Positions 39,440-50,447 of a stretch of DNA of 64,000 bases are shown one piece after another. The notes beneath the pieces were generated by a model, which worked only from the letters and a program-made list of their open reading frames with translations, was not told where the DNA came from and did not search any database. Location: NCBI GenBank assembly GCA_036867785.1, contig CP145420.1, positions 620,001 to 684,000 on the forward strand, given 5' to 3'. Position 1 is the stretch's first letter; each line of letters begins with the position of its first letter. A program made the translations under genes and the position numbers. The DNA is from Plasmodiophora brassicae (Eukaryota).

Positions 39440-40727
39440 CGCTGCCAGTCTGGCGAGTGACGGCCTACCCGACCGCCCTACACGTCGTGTGAGACAGACG
39501 CCGGACGAGGCGTATTCCCCGGCCTAGTCACAGGGCCGGGTGAGGAGCGGGCGCTTTGCCGGCGCGGTCAAATATACTTCTACAGAGAACAGACGACGGG
39601 CTCGGCGCTCGCGTCCGAGGAAAAATGTCTAAATGAGGTGCTCAAGCATTAGTCGAACGGCCACGGGTACGGGGATATTCGTCGAGCCGTGTCGTGCCGC
39701 GTTTCCTGGTGCCAGGACGTACACCAGAGCTGCCTGTGCTGGGTAGAGCGGAGCGAAGTACCTGCGCTGCCGTGATGTGTGATTGTATCAGTCCGGGGTG
39801 TCAGTCAGGCCGGAGCGCCCAATCGCCATCGTATGGACTGGCGGACTTGTGTCCACGGGGAATCTGCCTTCCGATCCGAGGGCCTGTGCGCTTTTTGGAT
39901 GCACTTCCCATGTTTCCGCGCCCGCGGGCCACGACAGCCCCACTTTTTCAATTGAGACGTTCGCGGCCGCATACGATTGTAACCGGCTCGTCACCGCTCA
40001 GCAGCGTCTCGTGAGCGAAGCACACCGCTGCTATGCCTGTGCTGCTGGCGGTGCCTGGCATGTGCGTGTCGCCACGGGACACATGAAGGTGTCCGGCGCC
40101 TGAAGCTGTATCGGAAGAACATGCCACCCAGCAGGAAGGACAAAGGGTGACGTTGACGTCAAGCAATAGGTGGCTATCCTACCGAAAGGTGTAGCGATCG
40201 GGTGTTGTGCCGTACATGGGCGCTCGGCAGCCGCAATAGGCTGTCGTGAACAACGGCACATGTCTTCCCGTACGACGGCGTCGCTCACCTTCGCCACAAT
40301 ACCAGTCGTCGACGCGGGGCTTCCATTTTATCGGGCGTCTTGTCGTAGTCAGCGTTGCCTACCCACAACAGCCTTAGAGACATTCAGTCACAAGCAAACG
40401 CATTGCGCCAGCTCGCATCCGAGCACGTTCCACGGTCCCACACACTGTCACCGACGCCAGTCGAAAAGGGACGCAGCGAAGGGCGTCATTTAGGTATGGA
40501 TGACTACTGACGAATCCCAGTGCCGCTTGCTGCGGTGGTAATGTGCCCATGGACAGGTCCAGGTCAGGTCCAAAAAGTTGCGGTGGGCTATTTTCGCGCT
40601 TCTTCGGCCTCGCCGAGGTCGTCGTTCCGCGGCAGTCCCAGGGCAATCCGCCGTTGCGGTGGCCGGCTCCGTGGGGGGCCGGATTTACGCGCGCTCAGTG
40701 TGCTCTCCTTGACCACACACGCGCGCC

Positions 40728-41911
40728 ATGGTATTTCATGGGCGGAATCCGGCGCGCGCCTCGTGCAGCGCCTGTGCCCAGCAGAAGGTGCGATGCGATG
40801 GGCAGCGGCCATGCGCGAGATGCGCCCGCCGGCAGCACGAGTGCCGGGACCAGCAGTGGCGTCCACCCGTCTTCAGCAAGCGGGAACGCGTGTCCCGTGC
40901 CTGCCGGTCCTGTGCGCGGGCCAAGGCGAAGTGCGAGGCAGAGCGGCCGTGTACGCGCTGCGTTCGCCTTAACAGAGCGGACAGCTGTGCCAGCAGATGG
41001 ATGAAACTGGAACAACCGGAGCGTTGCCTCGAGGTCGAGAGTCCGCTTCACGTTATGACTCCTGTCCCCGACTTTGTCACCACGATCCTCATGACGCTGC
41101 ATCGTCGGTACACACCGCAATTTCTGCGGTCGATCCCTGGCACCATCTGGTACGTTGCCGCCCGTGGTTGGATGATGGGTGGACTGATCACGAGTGTCAG
41201 GCAAGCGTACTATCGTTCTCTCCGGATCGCGTTGGACGCGGAGAAAGTGTCGTACGTTGAGCAGGAGATCAGCGATCCCGGTGCTGAATGGGCGTTGAGT
41301 CCACCCAGTGACCCTCCGATAACTGGGGGACATCTGCCCTTCATTGATGAAGGGCCACTGCTGGTCTACAAAGTCCAGGCGGGTATGTGGCTTACTACGC
41401 GGTCTGTGTGCACCAGTTCTCATCTAACGATGTCTGCTGCGACAGATGGGGATGCACTGACGACAACGGCGTTGTTCAACGACGCCGGGAAGGCACTATT
41501 CGGATATGTAGGTCGTGTGAGAATGTATGTGGCGCAATCTGCAAGTTTGACCATTACCAATCCTCTAGACGGGTGAAGAATTTAGTGAATGCTCCAACCG
41601 ACTCCAAGAGGAACTTCTTGGCATGTTCATGCCAAAAATGTTCCAGTGAGTCCCTCTGACGTTCCTTTCTACGACTACCCATTTGACAGGTGGCCAATAG
41701 GTTCTGGGACCCTCGAGATCTGGAAATGGTGCTGAAGCTGACCGCCAGGATTTGGTTCGAAGGTGTCACCGCCCTTTTCATCCCTCGAGTACGATGCGTA
41801 TGTCGTAACGGGCGCTCGATTGAGGTCCAAGTGCTTTGGAATGCCCAGTCGGTGATGATTGATGGCATTGTTCGGAATGTCACGTTTCTCCACTTTATGC
41901 CCTTACAGTAG
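40728..41911 (+). CDS. Paralogous transcription factor with two Zn(II)2Cys6 clusters and PAS-like domain, spliced
   Basis: SCSACAQQKVRCDGQRPCARC..C and ACRSCARAKAKCEAERPCTRC..C; FNDAGKALFGY; last exon CVCRNGRSIEV parallels FICKNGRIVHG of the partner. Confidence 0.85.
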
Positions 41912-42036
41912 CAGGTCGTGACGTTGTAGTAAATTTACTGGAACGATTCGTACTCGAGTAGAGGCCTCGGACGCTTTGGCTTGGACACACTATGTTGTAG
42001 TAGCCGCTGAACAGTGTCCGGAAAGTGAATCCACCT

Positions 42037-43317
42037 TTACTGTCGAGCGTCGCGTAAGAAGTTCGCCAGGAGGAGAACGGGATTGTCCAGAGGCCGGCTT
42101 CCTGCGTCAACGTACGCCTTGCTGAGCCTGGTCAAACCCTGTCGCAGCGCTTCACCAACTGCCGCGTTAACGTATTCGTCGATCGGTTTGACATCCTTGT
42201 GGAACAGGCAGGCAGGTCGGCTGACTCTGCCTGCCAGGCAACGAAGCGCGCTCTCGCGACCATACCTCACCAGGACGCGCCTGAGCACCCGTTGCTCCAA
42301 TCGCCTTAAGGCGTTAACTCGACTCAACCGCTGCTGGACCGCGTCCCAGTCAATGCCGTCGTCAGCAGCAGGGTCGCCAGACAGCCATTTCGCTTGCAGA
42401 GCGCTGTGTGCTGATCCGCGCGACTCGGCCCGATGTTGGAGCAGAGGCGTCAGGAACGCCCGCGCCGCCTCATCCGGAATTTCATCCACCGCCTTCACTT
42501 CGTGCTCGTAATACTTGCCCGTCAGCAGCAGAAACACGATGGCCCCGAACGAATACAGATCGTCCTCGGGCCGGAACCGCCTGGACGACGGCGCTCGGTG
42601 CAGGTCTGGTGCCAGGAACCGTCTTGCATCCGGAATCAGATCGACCTGATCCTGCAGCGTCAAGTATTTCCCGACACCAAACACATTCAGCTTCAGCGAA
42701 ACAGCGTCCCCCGGTAATGACGCTGTCGTGTGCAGGAATTTGGATGGGAACACATGCCCGCAAGCGTACCCAGCGCCATGCAACGTGGCCAGCGTCGTCA
42801 GCATCTGTCGGCAGGCCGACCGGACCGCCTCCGACCCGACTAGAGGTCGTGTCAGCAGGTCGCCGCCCATGTGCGCCTCGCTGACAACGACAACGGTGCC
42901 GCGATCAACGACCTCGAGGACTTCAAAGCGAACGTTGACGATTGCTGGGGACAGTGATGCGAGTCGTGCAGATCGCTGGACGTCGACGCCGATAGCAGTC
43001 GCGAGTTGTCGTGTAGGAAGATGGTACTGGTCGTAGACCAGGCCCGCGTTGTGCTGCATGACCGAGAACTGTCCAAGTAGATGGTTCTTTGTCTGGGATG
43101 CCGAGATCGGGGGGCGATCGAGCCGCAGAACGCGCGTGAATTGGCGAATGGGCCAGGGTTCTGAATCGGTAGATGGGATGTCTTGCGAGCAGATTTGCGT
43201 CAGGCGCTCTTCGTACTGCCGACGTTGCGTCAAGGCTCGACCCTCGCTCTGCAGCAGTGCCAATTCGGCATTGTGTGGAACGGGCATGTCGATGTCGCCG
43301 TCGTCTTCGCCCTCCAT
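42037..43317 (-). CDS. CAMK-like pseudokinase with C-terminal Dpy-30-like motif
   Basis: Kinase scaffold (GGDLL, FLAPDL, DLYSFGAIVFLLLTGK, SAHSALQAKWL) without HRD/DFG; C-terminal YVNAAVGEALRQGL..DNPVLLLANFL. Confidence 0.75.
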   Translation of the reverse strand: MEGEDDGDIDMPVPHNAELALLQSEGRALTQRRQYEERLTQICSQDIPSTDSEPWPIRQFTRVLRLDRPPISASQTKNHLLGQFSVMQHNAGLVYDQYHLPTRQLATAIGVDVQRSARLASLSPAIVNVRFEVLEVVDRGTVVVVSEAHMGGDLLTRPLVGSEAVRSACRQMLTTLATLHGAGYACGHVFPSKFLHTTASLPGDAVSLKLNVFGVGKYLTLQDQVDLIPDARRFLAPDLHRAPSSRRFRPEDDLYSFGAIVFLLLTGKYYEHEVKAVDEIPDEAARAFLTPLLQHRAESRGSAHSALQAKWLSGDPAADDGIDWDAVQQRLSRVNALRRLEQRVLRRVLVRYGRESALRCLAGRVSRPACLFHKDVKPIDEYVNAAVGEALRQGLTRLSKAYVDAGSRPLDNPVLLLANFLRDARQ

Positions 43318-43756
43318 GCTTCGGCTAGAACCTGTATGACGGAAAGCCTATTCGTCCCAACTGCATGGTTTCTATTCTTCATCGCCAGTCTGACTCCACA
43401 GGGGGTTGCTGCGATCCTGCGCCTCCGTTCCGAATCAACAAACGACATGGCACACTCCAATGCTCGCTCTCTTGCGACAGCAGCGTGATAGGCGTGGCCC
43501 AGAGTCCCCCGCCCAGTAATGGACAGGAGCGTTCCGTTAAACGTCAATGGCAAGCTCGCAATACAGATGCAGGCAACCCACGGGAGCGACATGCTGCGGT
43601 CAATAATAATTGCAGGCGAAACCAGTAACCGGCCGCTTGTGCCGCTTTTATGTGCCGCTCCAAGGCCAAGGGCGACAGACGGTGGCTTCCAGTAACGTGT
43701 CCGCGGTCCGTGGCGGAGTCCGCGACGGAGTCTCGGTAATCGGCTTCCTGAACACG

Positions 43757-45708
43757 ATGACGCAGGTAACGGTCACCCAGCCTGAGAAGAAGCGTCGGCG
43801 TCGCAACAAAGCGAAAGCTGCCACTGCACCGTCTGAGACCCAGCAGGAGAACGTCGGCCAGAAGGAAGCGCTGCCAGAACCCGCTAGTGGCGGTGGTGAG
43901 GTTCCAGCCGAGACTGTCGGTGTCGCTGGTGATCAGGTCCAGTCTGGGGATGCGACGGCCCCCCAGCCCGCCAAGAAACGCCGGCGTGGAACACGTGGTA
44001 AATCACAGGCTGTCGCTGGTCGTGAAGCAGAACCAGAGGCACCGAACAACGTGAATCAGTCAGGACCTGTCGAGGAGGCTGACCCGGAGCCAGTCAACGA
44101 CGGAAACGAGAACGCGCAGAACGAAGAGGATGTCAAAGGCGCTGAGGGCCCTTCTGCCGACGTTGACGACACTTCACGGAACGTCAACCCAGCAGACGTT
44201 GCACTGGACTACGACTTCGGGTCACTTGAACTGTCAACGGCCACACGGTCGGCGCTTACCGACATCGGTTACGAACGCATGACCGAAGTCCAGGCGCGAT
44301 GCATCCCGTTGCTGCTATCCGGTGCCGACGTTCTGGGCGCTGCGAAAACTGGGTCTGGGAAGACGATGGCGTTCCTGATCCCTGCAGTGGAGCTGCTGTA
44401 CAAGGCGGAATTCAAACCTCGGAACGGCACCGGCGTCATCGTCATCACCCCGACCCGGGAACTGGCGCTGCAGATCTATGGCGAGGCTCGCAAACTGCTC
44501 AAGTACCATTCGCAGACGCACGGCATCGTCATCGGCGGTGGCAATCGCAAACAGGAAGAGGACAAACTGAAGCGTGGCGTGAACGTGCTTATCGCTACTC
44601 CAGGAAGACTTCTGGATCACCTGCAGAATACGAACTTTACGTTCAAGAACTTGATTGGGCTCGTCATTGACGAGGCCGATCGCATCCTGGAGATCGGGTT
44701 CGAGCAAGAGCTACGTGAGATCATCAAGATCCTGCCGTCGAAGCGCCAAACGATGCTGTTCTCGGCGACGCAGACGCAGAAGGTCAAGGACATTGCGCGC
44801 GTGTCGACGAACAAATCGCCCGTCTACGTGGGTGTTGACGACCATAAGGAGGCAGCAACGCGTAAGGGCCTTACGCAGGGTTACGTCGTCTGCCCGTCCG
44901 AGCGCCGATTCCTGCTTCTCTACTCGTTCCTGAAGCGGAACCTGAAGAAGAAGGTCATCGTGTTCTTCTCCACCTGCATGTCTGTCAAGTTCCACGCCGA
45001 GCTCCTGAACTATATCGACATCCCCGTCATCGAGCTCCATGGCAAATTGAAACAGTCCAAGAGGACGTCGACGTTCTTCGAGGTCTGTGCCGTCCGCAAT
45101 GTTCGACGTCTAACAGTGTATCTGACATGGTCATGGAACAGTTTGTCAACGCTGAACGGGGCATCCTGCTGTGCACGGATGTGGCCGCGCGCGGTCTGGA
45201 CATTCCCGAGGTCGACTGGATCATCCAGTTCGATCCCCCATCGGACCCGAAGGAGTACATCCATCGGGTCGGGCGGACGGCGCGTGGTGTGGCCGGTGCC
45301 AAAGGCAAAGCCCTGCTGTTCATGCTGCCGCAGGAGGTCAAGTTCCTGCATCATCTGAAGTACGCCAAGATTCCCGTCTGCGAGTTCGAGTTCCCAACGT
45401 CGAAGATCGCCAACGTGCAGTCGCAACTCGAGGCTCTAATCGAGAAGACGTACTACCTGTACAAATCCGCCCGCGAGGCCTACCGCGCTTACATCCAGGG
45501 ATACGCCCAGGCGTCCCTCAAGGACGTGTTCGACGTGCACAGCCTCGACCTGGAAGCCGTCGCCCGCTCGTTCGGGTTCACAGCCCCGCCCAAGGTGCCC
45601 CTGAAGATCGCCCTGACGGGCAAGAACTCGAGGAAACGCTCGCGGCACGGATTCAACCAGGATAACCCGTATGGAGACGCCAAGACACCCCCACAATTCT
45701 CCCGGTAA
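43757..45708 (+). CDS. HAS1: DEAD-box RNA helicase Has1/DDX18
   Basis: [58 protein letters not shown]; intron ~45083-45141. Confidence 0.96.
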
Positions 45709-45981
45709 ACTGCCCAGCAGCATACGCCCATCTGTTCATACACCGGGTTTGCCACACGTTGCAACATGAGCGCGTAATCGAACCCTCTAAGTCAGCTGCT
45801 ATCCCTACTGATCGCATGATGTACTTCGGGGAGAAGAGTGCCGTCTGACGTCCAAGGAGGCAGACTGAAACGGCGGTCCTGGTGCGCGTTCTTGCCGAGT
45901 TGCCCCGGTCGGTCGTAGTACGCGGCAATGTCGTTCCTAGACCAGGGTGCAGGACGGTGAAACACGACGTGTATTGGGATA

Positions 45982-47133
45982 TCAGAACAGGGCATACACA
46001 AGACCGACGACGACGGCAACGGGGACGGTGGCCTTGCCGGCGGCCGACGTCTGGCTTCGCGTGCGCTCCGGTTTCGTGGAGGACTGACTGGTACGTGCCA
46101 TCATCATGCCAACCGACGCGAGGGCGGCGCCAGTGGCACCCAGGGTCAAGGCCCGGTTGGCAGATTGCTGTCGGATGACCTGCTGCACGGCGGTCTTCCT
46201 CATCGAGGCAGCGGCCAGCCCGGCACCGGCAAAGGCCACGCCAGTGAAGAGCAGGTTCCTGTTGCGCCTCTCGCGCAGGGCACGCTCATTCTGCTCGTTC
46301 TGCAGGCGCTGCTCTTCCAGGGCCATCTGCCTGGCCAGCTGGACCCGTTCCCGCTGCTCGGCCGCCATCCGCGCCTTCTTCAACGCCTCCGTCTCTGTGC
46401 GTTTCCCGATGATGTCCAGCTCGGCCTCGTGCTGCTTGCGCTTCGTGTCGGCGTCGATCGCCGCCTCGTTGACCTGCTGGTCCAGCTTCGCCAGGACCAC
46501 AGACGTCTCCGTGACGATATTGTTCAGCTTCTTCTCGGTCTCCAAGCGGGTCTTCTCCTGGTGCGCAACAAGCTCACACTGCTTCTCCTTCAACTTCTTA
46601 TCGTAGTAGCTCTTGAACGCTCGTCCGCCCTCGTTGATCACAGACGTGGCGGCATCGCATTTGGTTGCCACCTTCTGGGTGTCCTGGTACAGCCTCATCT
46701 GCTTCGCGTTGTAGTGCCCGTCGACAATGGCGTTGGCGGCGCGGAAGACTCCTTTGGTGACCGAGGTGCCCAGAGCGTTCGTGGCCAGACAGGCGTCGTG
46801 GGCAACATGCTGGGCGGTGTCGCAGACGGTGCCGAGCATGTTCGCGCCGACACCAGATACCTCAGCGGCCGCTGGTGCGATCTTGCCGAACGCCTCACTG
46901 CCGGCCTGGCTGAGGACCACGGCAGCGCCGCCCAGCTTCTCAGCAACCTTCTCGCCCTTTTCGCCTACATGCCGAACGGCTTCACCAGCGACCGCCATGG
47001 TGCGCTCACCGCGTTCAGCAAGGGACCCGATCCCCATCAAGTCTTCACCAGGGCGAAATGCAGCGTTGCAGGTAAGCACAATGACGGCAAGGACGACGAG
47101 ACGAGCGTGTGAGGACGACGAAAGGCGTGGCAT
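45982..47133 (-). CDS. Cluster family member 1: signal peptide, coiled coil, Gly/Ala hydrophobic hairpin, C-terminal TM
   Basis: Intronless 383-aa ORF; RLVVLAVIVLTCNA signal; E/K/Q/R coiled coil; LLFTGVAFAGAGLAAA and ALTLGATGAALASVGMMMAR; terminal VPVAVVVGLVYALF. Confidence 0.85.
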   Translation of the reverse strand: MPRLSSSSHARLVVLAVIVLTCNAAFRPGEDLMGIGSLAERGERTMAVAGEAVRHVGEKGEKVAEKLGGAAVVLSQAGSEAFGKIAPAAAEVSGVGANMLGTVCDTAQHVAHDACLATNALGTSVTKGVFRAANAIVDGHYNAKQMRLYQDTQKVATKCDAATSVINEGGRAFKSYYDKKLKEKQCELVAHQEKTRLETEKKLNNIVTETSVVLAKLDQQVNEAAIDADTKRKQHEAELDIIGKRTETEALKKARMAAEQRERVQLARQMALEEQRLQNEQNERALRERRNRNLLFTGVAFAGAGLAAASMRKTAVQQVIRQQSANRALTLGATGAALASVGMMMARTSQSSTKPERTRSQTSAAGKATVPVAVVVGLVYALF

Positions 47134-47578
47134 TGTTGCGGGATCAGGGGGACTCTTACGCGTGCAGAAGGTTGATAGTACTTGTGGTAGTGTTCGTAGA
47201 GAGTATTGGTAGTAGTAGTGGTGGTGGTGGCGGTGTGGTAGTTCAATGAACGCGTTCGATATAACAATGAGGCGGTGGGCAGGATTGCCGAGCTCGAATT
47301 TAGCGTTCTTGACAAACCTTGGATGGTGAGATTCCAGATTAGGAAATGGCCTCGCGACGAATTTAGAGCTGATGCGGAATTAGAAGAGTGGCAAATCAGG
47401 GAACACACGAGGTGACCACCCAGCGACGTGCTGCCCGTCCGCATGGTCTATTCTACATTCAACGACTGATCTCAGCAACGCCACTAGGAAACGAACTCGA
47501 ATACCGCCGCCCGGCTGTGCTGCTCGACTCGCGCTTATCTGTAGACGTTCCAGCTAATCGCACGCCTACGTACCCTCG

Positions 47579-48508
47579 ATGTCACGGAAACTGCTCCTGC
47601 TCTCTGCAGGATTGCTCCTAACCGTCGCGTTGGCGCACGAGGGAGAGGCCCAACCCGGTTGTTTGACCAGGGCATACCAGTATTGCTGCTCGAAGGCCAT
47701 CGAGTGTTTCGATTACTACACAGGGATTCAGGAGGAAAGGGATATCGCGGAGGAGCGGAAGGCCTGCGCCAACGCGAAGTTGATTTGCGATGGTGTTGCT
47801 GCCGGCGGACAGATCCTCGATGCTTGCCTCGAATCCCAACACAAGAAGGTTAAGAACCGTTTTAAGTTTGACCAAGCATGCATTCGACAGCTCCATGTGG
47901 AAGAAATGAAGGATATTACGCATCGCCACCAGAAGATGGACGCTGAGGCCGAGGCCGCCTGCATCAAGAACATCATCGATAAGCAGATCGAGAGGGATCT
48001 GGAGGACATTGAAAAGGGTTGTGAAGCGAAGGACAAGGAGCTGAAAGCGGCCAGAGAGCAATTGAAACGGAAGTATCTTCAGGAAAAGCAGTTGCTGGAG
48101 AAAGAGCAAGAGGAGCAGGACCACCTAATGACGGAAGAGCGGATTAACGACGAGTCGAGCCAGAAAGAGAGGAAGATGAGAACAACGATGTTGGGAGCAG
48201 GCATCGGATTGACAGCGCTAACAGCCGCGTCTCTGATGCATTCCAAGCAGATCGTCATTGAGCGCCAAAGGTCGACGGCCAAAGCGGTTCACCTCGGTAT
48301 GGGAGCGGCCGCATCTGTCGCACTGGTGACCAGGTTCATCCGCAACCGTAAAGCGCCTGTCGACGAGGCCCAAATGCCACCAATCAAGACACGCCGTCCG
48401 ACGTCATCGGCTTCCGTCCCCGTACTTGGCATTATACTGGGAGTCACCGGTGTCTGCCTCTTCCTCCTTGTGGTTGTTGTCGCGATCGTGCTCCACAAAC
48501 GCAAATAA
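47579..48508 (+). CDS. Cluster family member 2 (Cys-rich N-terminus)
   Basis: 309 aa; signal MSRKLLLLSAGLLLTVALA; coiled coil; MLGAGIGLTALTAA and AVHLGMGAAASVALV; TM VPVLGIILGVTGVCLFLLVVVVAIVL-HKRK. Confidence 0.87.
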   Translation: MSRKLLLLSAGLLLTVALAHEGEAQPGCLTRAYQYCCSKAIECFDYYTGIQEERDIAEERKACANAKLICDGVAAGGQILDACLESQHKKVKNRFKFDQACIRQLHVEEMKDITHRHQKMDAEAEAACIKNIIDKQIERDLEDIEKGCEAKDKELKAAREQLKRKYLQEKQLLEKEQEEQDHLMTEERINDESSQKERKMRTTMLGAGIGLTALTAASLMHSKQIVIERQRSTAKAVHLGMGAAASVALVTRFIRNRKAPVDEAQMPPIKTRRPTSSASVPVLGIILGVTGVCLFLLVVVVAIVLHKRK

Positions 48509-48722
48509 AACGAGTCCTGCATCTTCGACAGCGCGTCCGTACATGACTAGGTCTGAGGAGCTAGCAACTGCCCTTCTGACCTAGTAATATTGACAGCCAG
48601 TGTGGTTATCGGTTAGATGCCGCCCTGAATTACTATGAGGAACGGCTGAGAGTACCTGCAGGGGGACGCTGTGTTTCATATCTGTTCGTGTAATTGAAGG
48701 GTATTGCAGAAAGGTTCATTCA

Positions 48723-49973
48723 TCAAAACATGAGAGTAGTACTGGAGGGTTGCGTCTGGGAACCGGTTCGCTTGTTGTAGACGACGACGCCCGCGACGAC
48801 ACCGGCGAACAGAACGCACCCCGCAATGACGCATGACACGATGGTGGCAACAGGGAGGCTGCTCTGCTTCGCCTTGCTCGCCTTCTGGGTGTCCTCCATC
48901 CGCTTACGGCGTTCATCATGCGAGCGGGCGAACATTGTCGCCAGACCGACACCAGCAGCAGCCACCGCCCCAAGTTTCATGGCGCTGCTCGCTGTGCTTG
49001 GCTTGACGGCAAACAGTGTGTCCGGCTTGACCGGTTTCAACGCCCAAGCACCTAGCCCAAGCGCCAATGCGCTTCCGCCGGCCGCCGCCAGGCCCATTTT
49101 CGTTTGCTGTAGTGCCAGCTCCTTGCGCCTTTCTTCTTCGTCCATCCTTCGTTGATGTTCCTTCTGCTCGCTCTCCAACTTGGCCTTGCGTTCGTTGTCC
49201 AGCGTTTTCTCGACCATCCACTTGGCGCTGGCAACAGCCTTGGTTTCCTCCAGGCCTTGCAGTGTGTCGTCAGTCATCGCCCAGTGCTCTTTCTCCTTCG
49301 TCTTGGCTTTCAGAGCTTTGATTTGTTCCTGGGACTTCAAGTTCGTCGATGTCATCCCGACAAGGCATTCGGATGCAGTCGTACACAATCCAATCGTGGC
49401 GTCGTACGCCTTCTTCTTGACGTCGGTGTCGAACTTTTTCTCCAGCGAGTCGACAGCCGTGGTGGTTGCCGTAGTCGCCACGTTCAACTTGGCTCGGAGT
49501 AGGTTGGCGTCCTGAATGGCCTCCTGTTGCTTGAGGTGACTTCTGGAGTCGATCCAGTTGCAAGCGAAGCCGCTTGTCCCGTCGATAGCCTTGGTCCCCA
49601 GATTGCTGACCGTGCCGGTCACGTCTGTCGAGATGCTCTTCGTGGCCTCGGCGACATGCGTGACGCCCTTGTCGACGTTATGGGTGATCTGGACCAGGGC
49701 GTCGCATCCGGGCTCGATCATGGTGCTCAGCGACTTGGTTGCCGCAGTGGACGCGTCGAGCAACGTGCCAGCAGCTTTCTCAGCATGGTCCGCGAAAGCC
49801 TTGCCGTCGCTGGCGGCTTGTTTTACGGTCCGCTCACCGGCGTTCATCACCTTGGTGCTGCCGCTAAAGTAGCCGAGCATGGCTGCAGGCGTCGCATAGA
49901 CGGTAAGAGAAGGGCCCAGTATCATCACCAATAGCACCAGCGACAGAAGTGAGTGCGGTCGAAAGAGGGTCAT
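48723..49973 (-). CDS. Cluster family member 3
   Basis: Likely start MTLFRPHSLLSLVLLVMILG at 49973; Thr/Ala-rich helical region; coiled coil; GLAAAGGSALALGLG and AMKLGAVAAAGVGLATMFAR; TM LPVATIVSCVIAGCVLFAGVVAGVVVY. Confidence 0.87.
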   Translation of the reverse strand: MTLFRPHSLLSLVLLVMILGPSLTVYATPAAMLGYFSGSTKVMNAGERTVKQAASDGKAFADHAEKAAGTLLDASTAATKSLSTMIEPGCDALVQITHNVDKGVTHVAEATKSISTDVTGTVSNLGTKAIDGTSGFACNWIDSRSHLKQQEAIQDANLLRAKLNVATTATTTAVDSLEKKFDTDVKKKAYDATIGLCTTASECLVGMTSTNLKSQEQIKALKAKTKEKEHWAMTDDTLQGLEETKAVASAKWMVEKTLDNERKAKLESEQKEHQRRMDEEERRKELALQQTKMGLAAAGGSALALGLGAWALKPVKPDTLFAVKPSTASSAMKLGAVAAAGVGLATMFARSHDERRKRMEDTQKASKAKQSSLPVATIVSCVIAGCVLFAGVVAGVVVYNKRTGSQTQPSSTTLMF

Positions 49974-50447
49974 GACGTTTGAAGGGACAGGTGTCGTTGC
50001 CTTTGATTGCTGGCGGAAGATAGTAGGTAGATGGTACTGTGATGGTAGTAGCGGATCGTGCGGATGTTGCGAACGAGGGATCGATATAAGAATGAATCGA
50101 TTCTGGTCCCGCACTTCGGATTTAGGTTCGCCAGAGAGACCATGTGACCGCATCGTTCCCAGGCACACACCTAAATCCGACATCGGGCCCCAGATCCCTC
50201 TAAATTCGGGTTTTGGCTGGCAGCCGTCCCAGGGGTCCGCATCTAAAATTGGCACGTACAGCATGCACCGATCCATTCAGCAATCGAATTGGTTCCAGCG
50301 GATGCTCGTATTTAGAAACATCAGTACGAGAACGGCACCAGGCATTTATATAATCCATACCGAGTGCTACCTGACAGACGACACGACTTCAACCACCGAC
50401 CACCTCTACAACTTCACCGCATCGGCCACTATAAGTGAAGAGCACTC

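Noticed and set aside
39540-40700. Short ORFs between the two Zn2Cys6 genes
   Set aside because: No codon bias or motifs; more likely shared regulatory sequence.
47161-47240. GTA/GTG triplet-rich tract
   Set aside because: Short, imperfect microsatellite-like leader upstream of member 1, with no evidence of a separate element.
49974-50276. Upstream 101-codon extension of the 517-aa ORF
   Set aside because: The signal peptide starts at Met 49973, and the extension overlaps the shared promoter with its repeated motifs.
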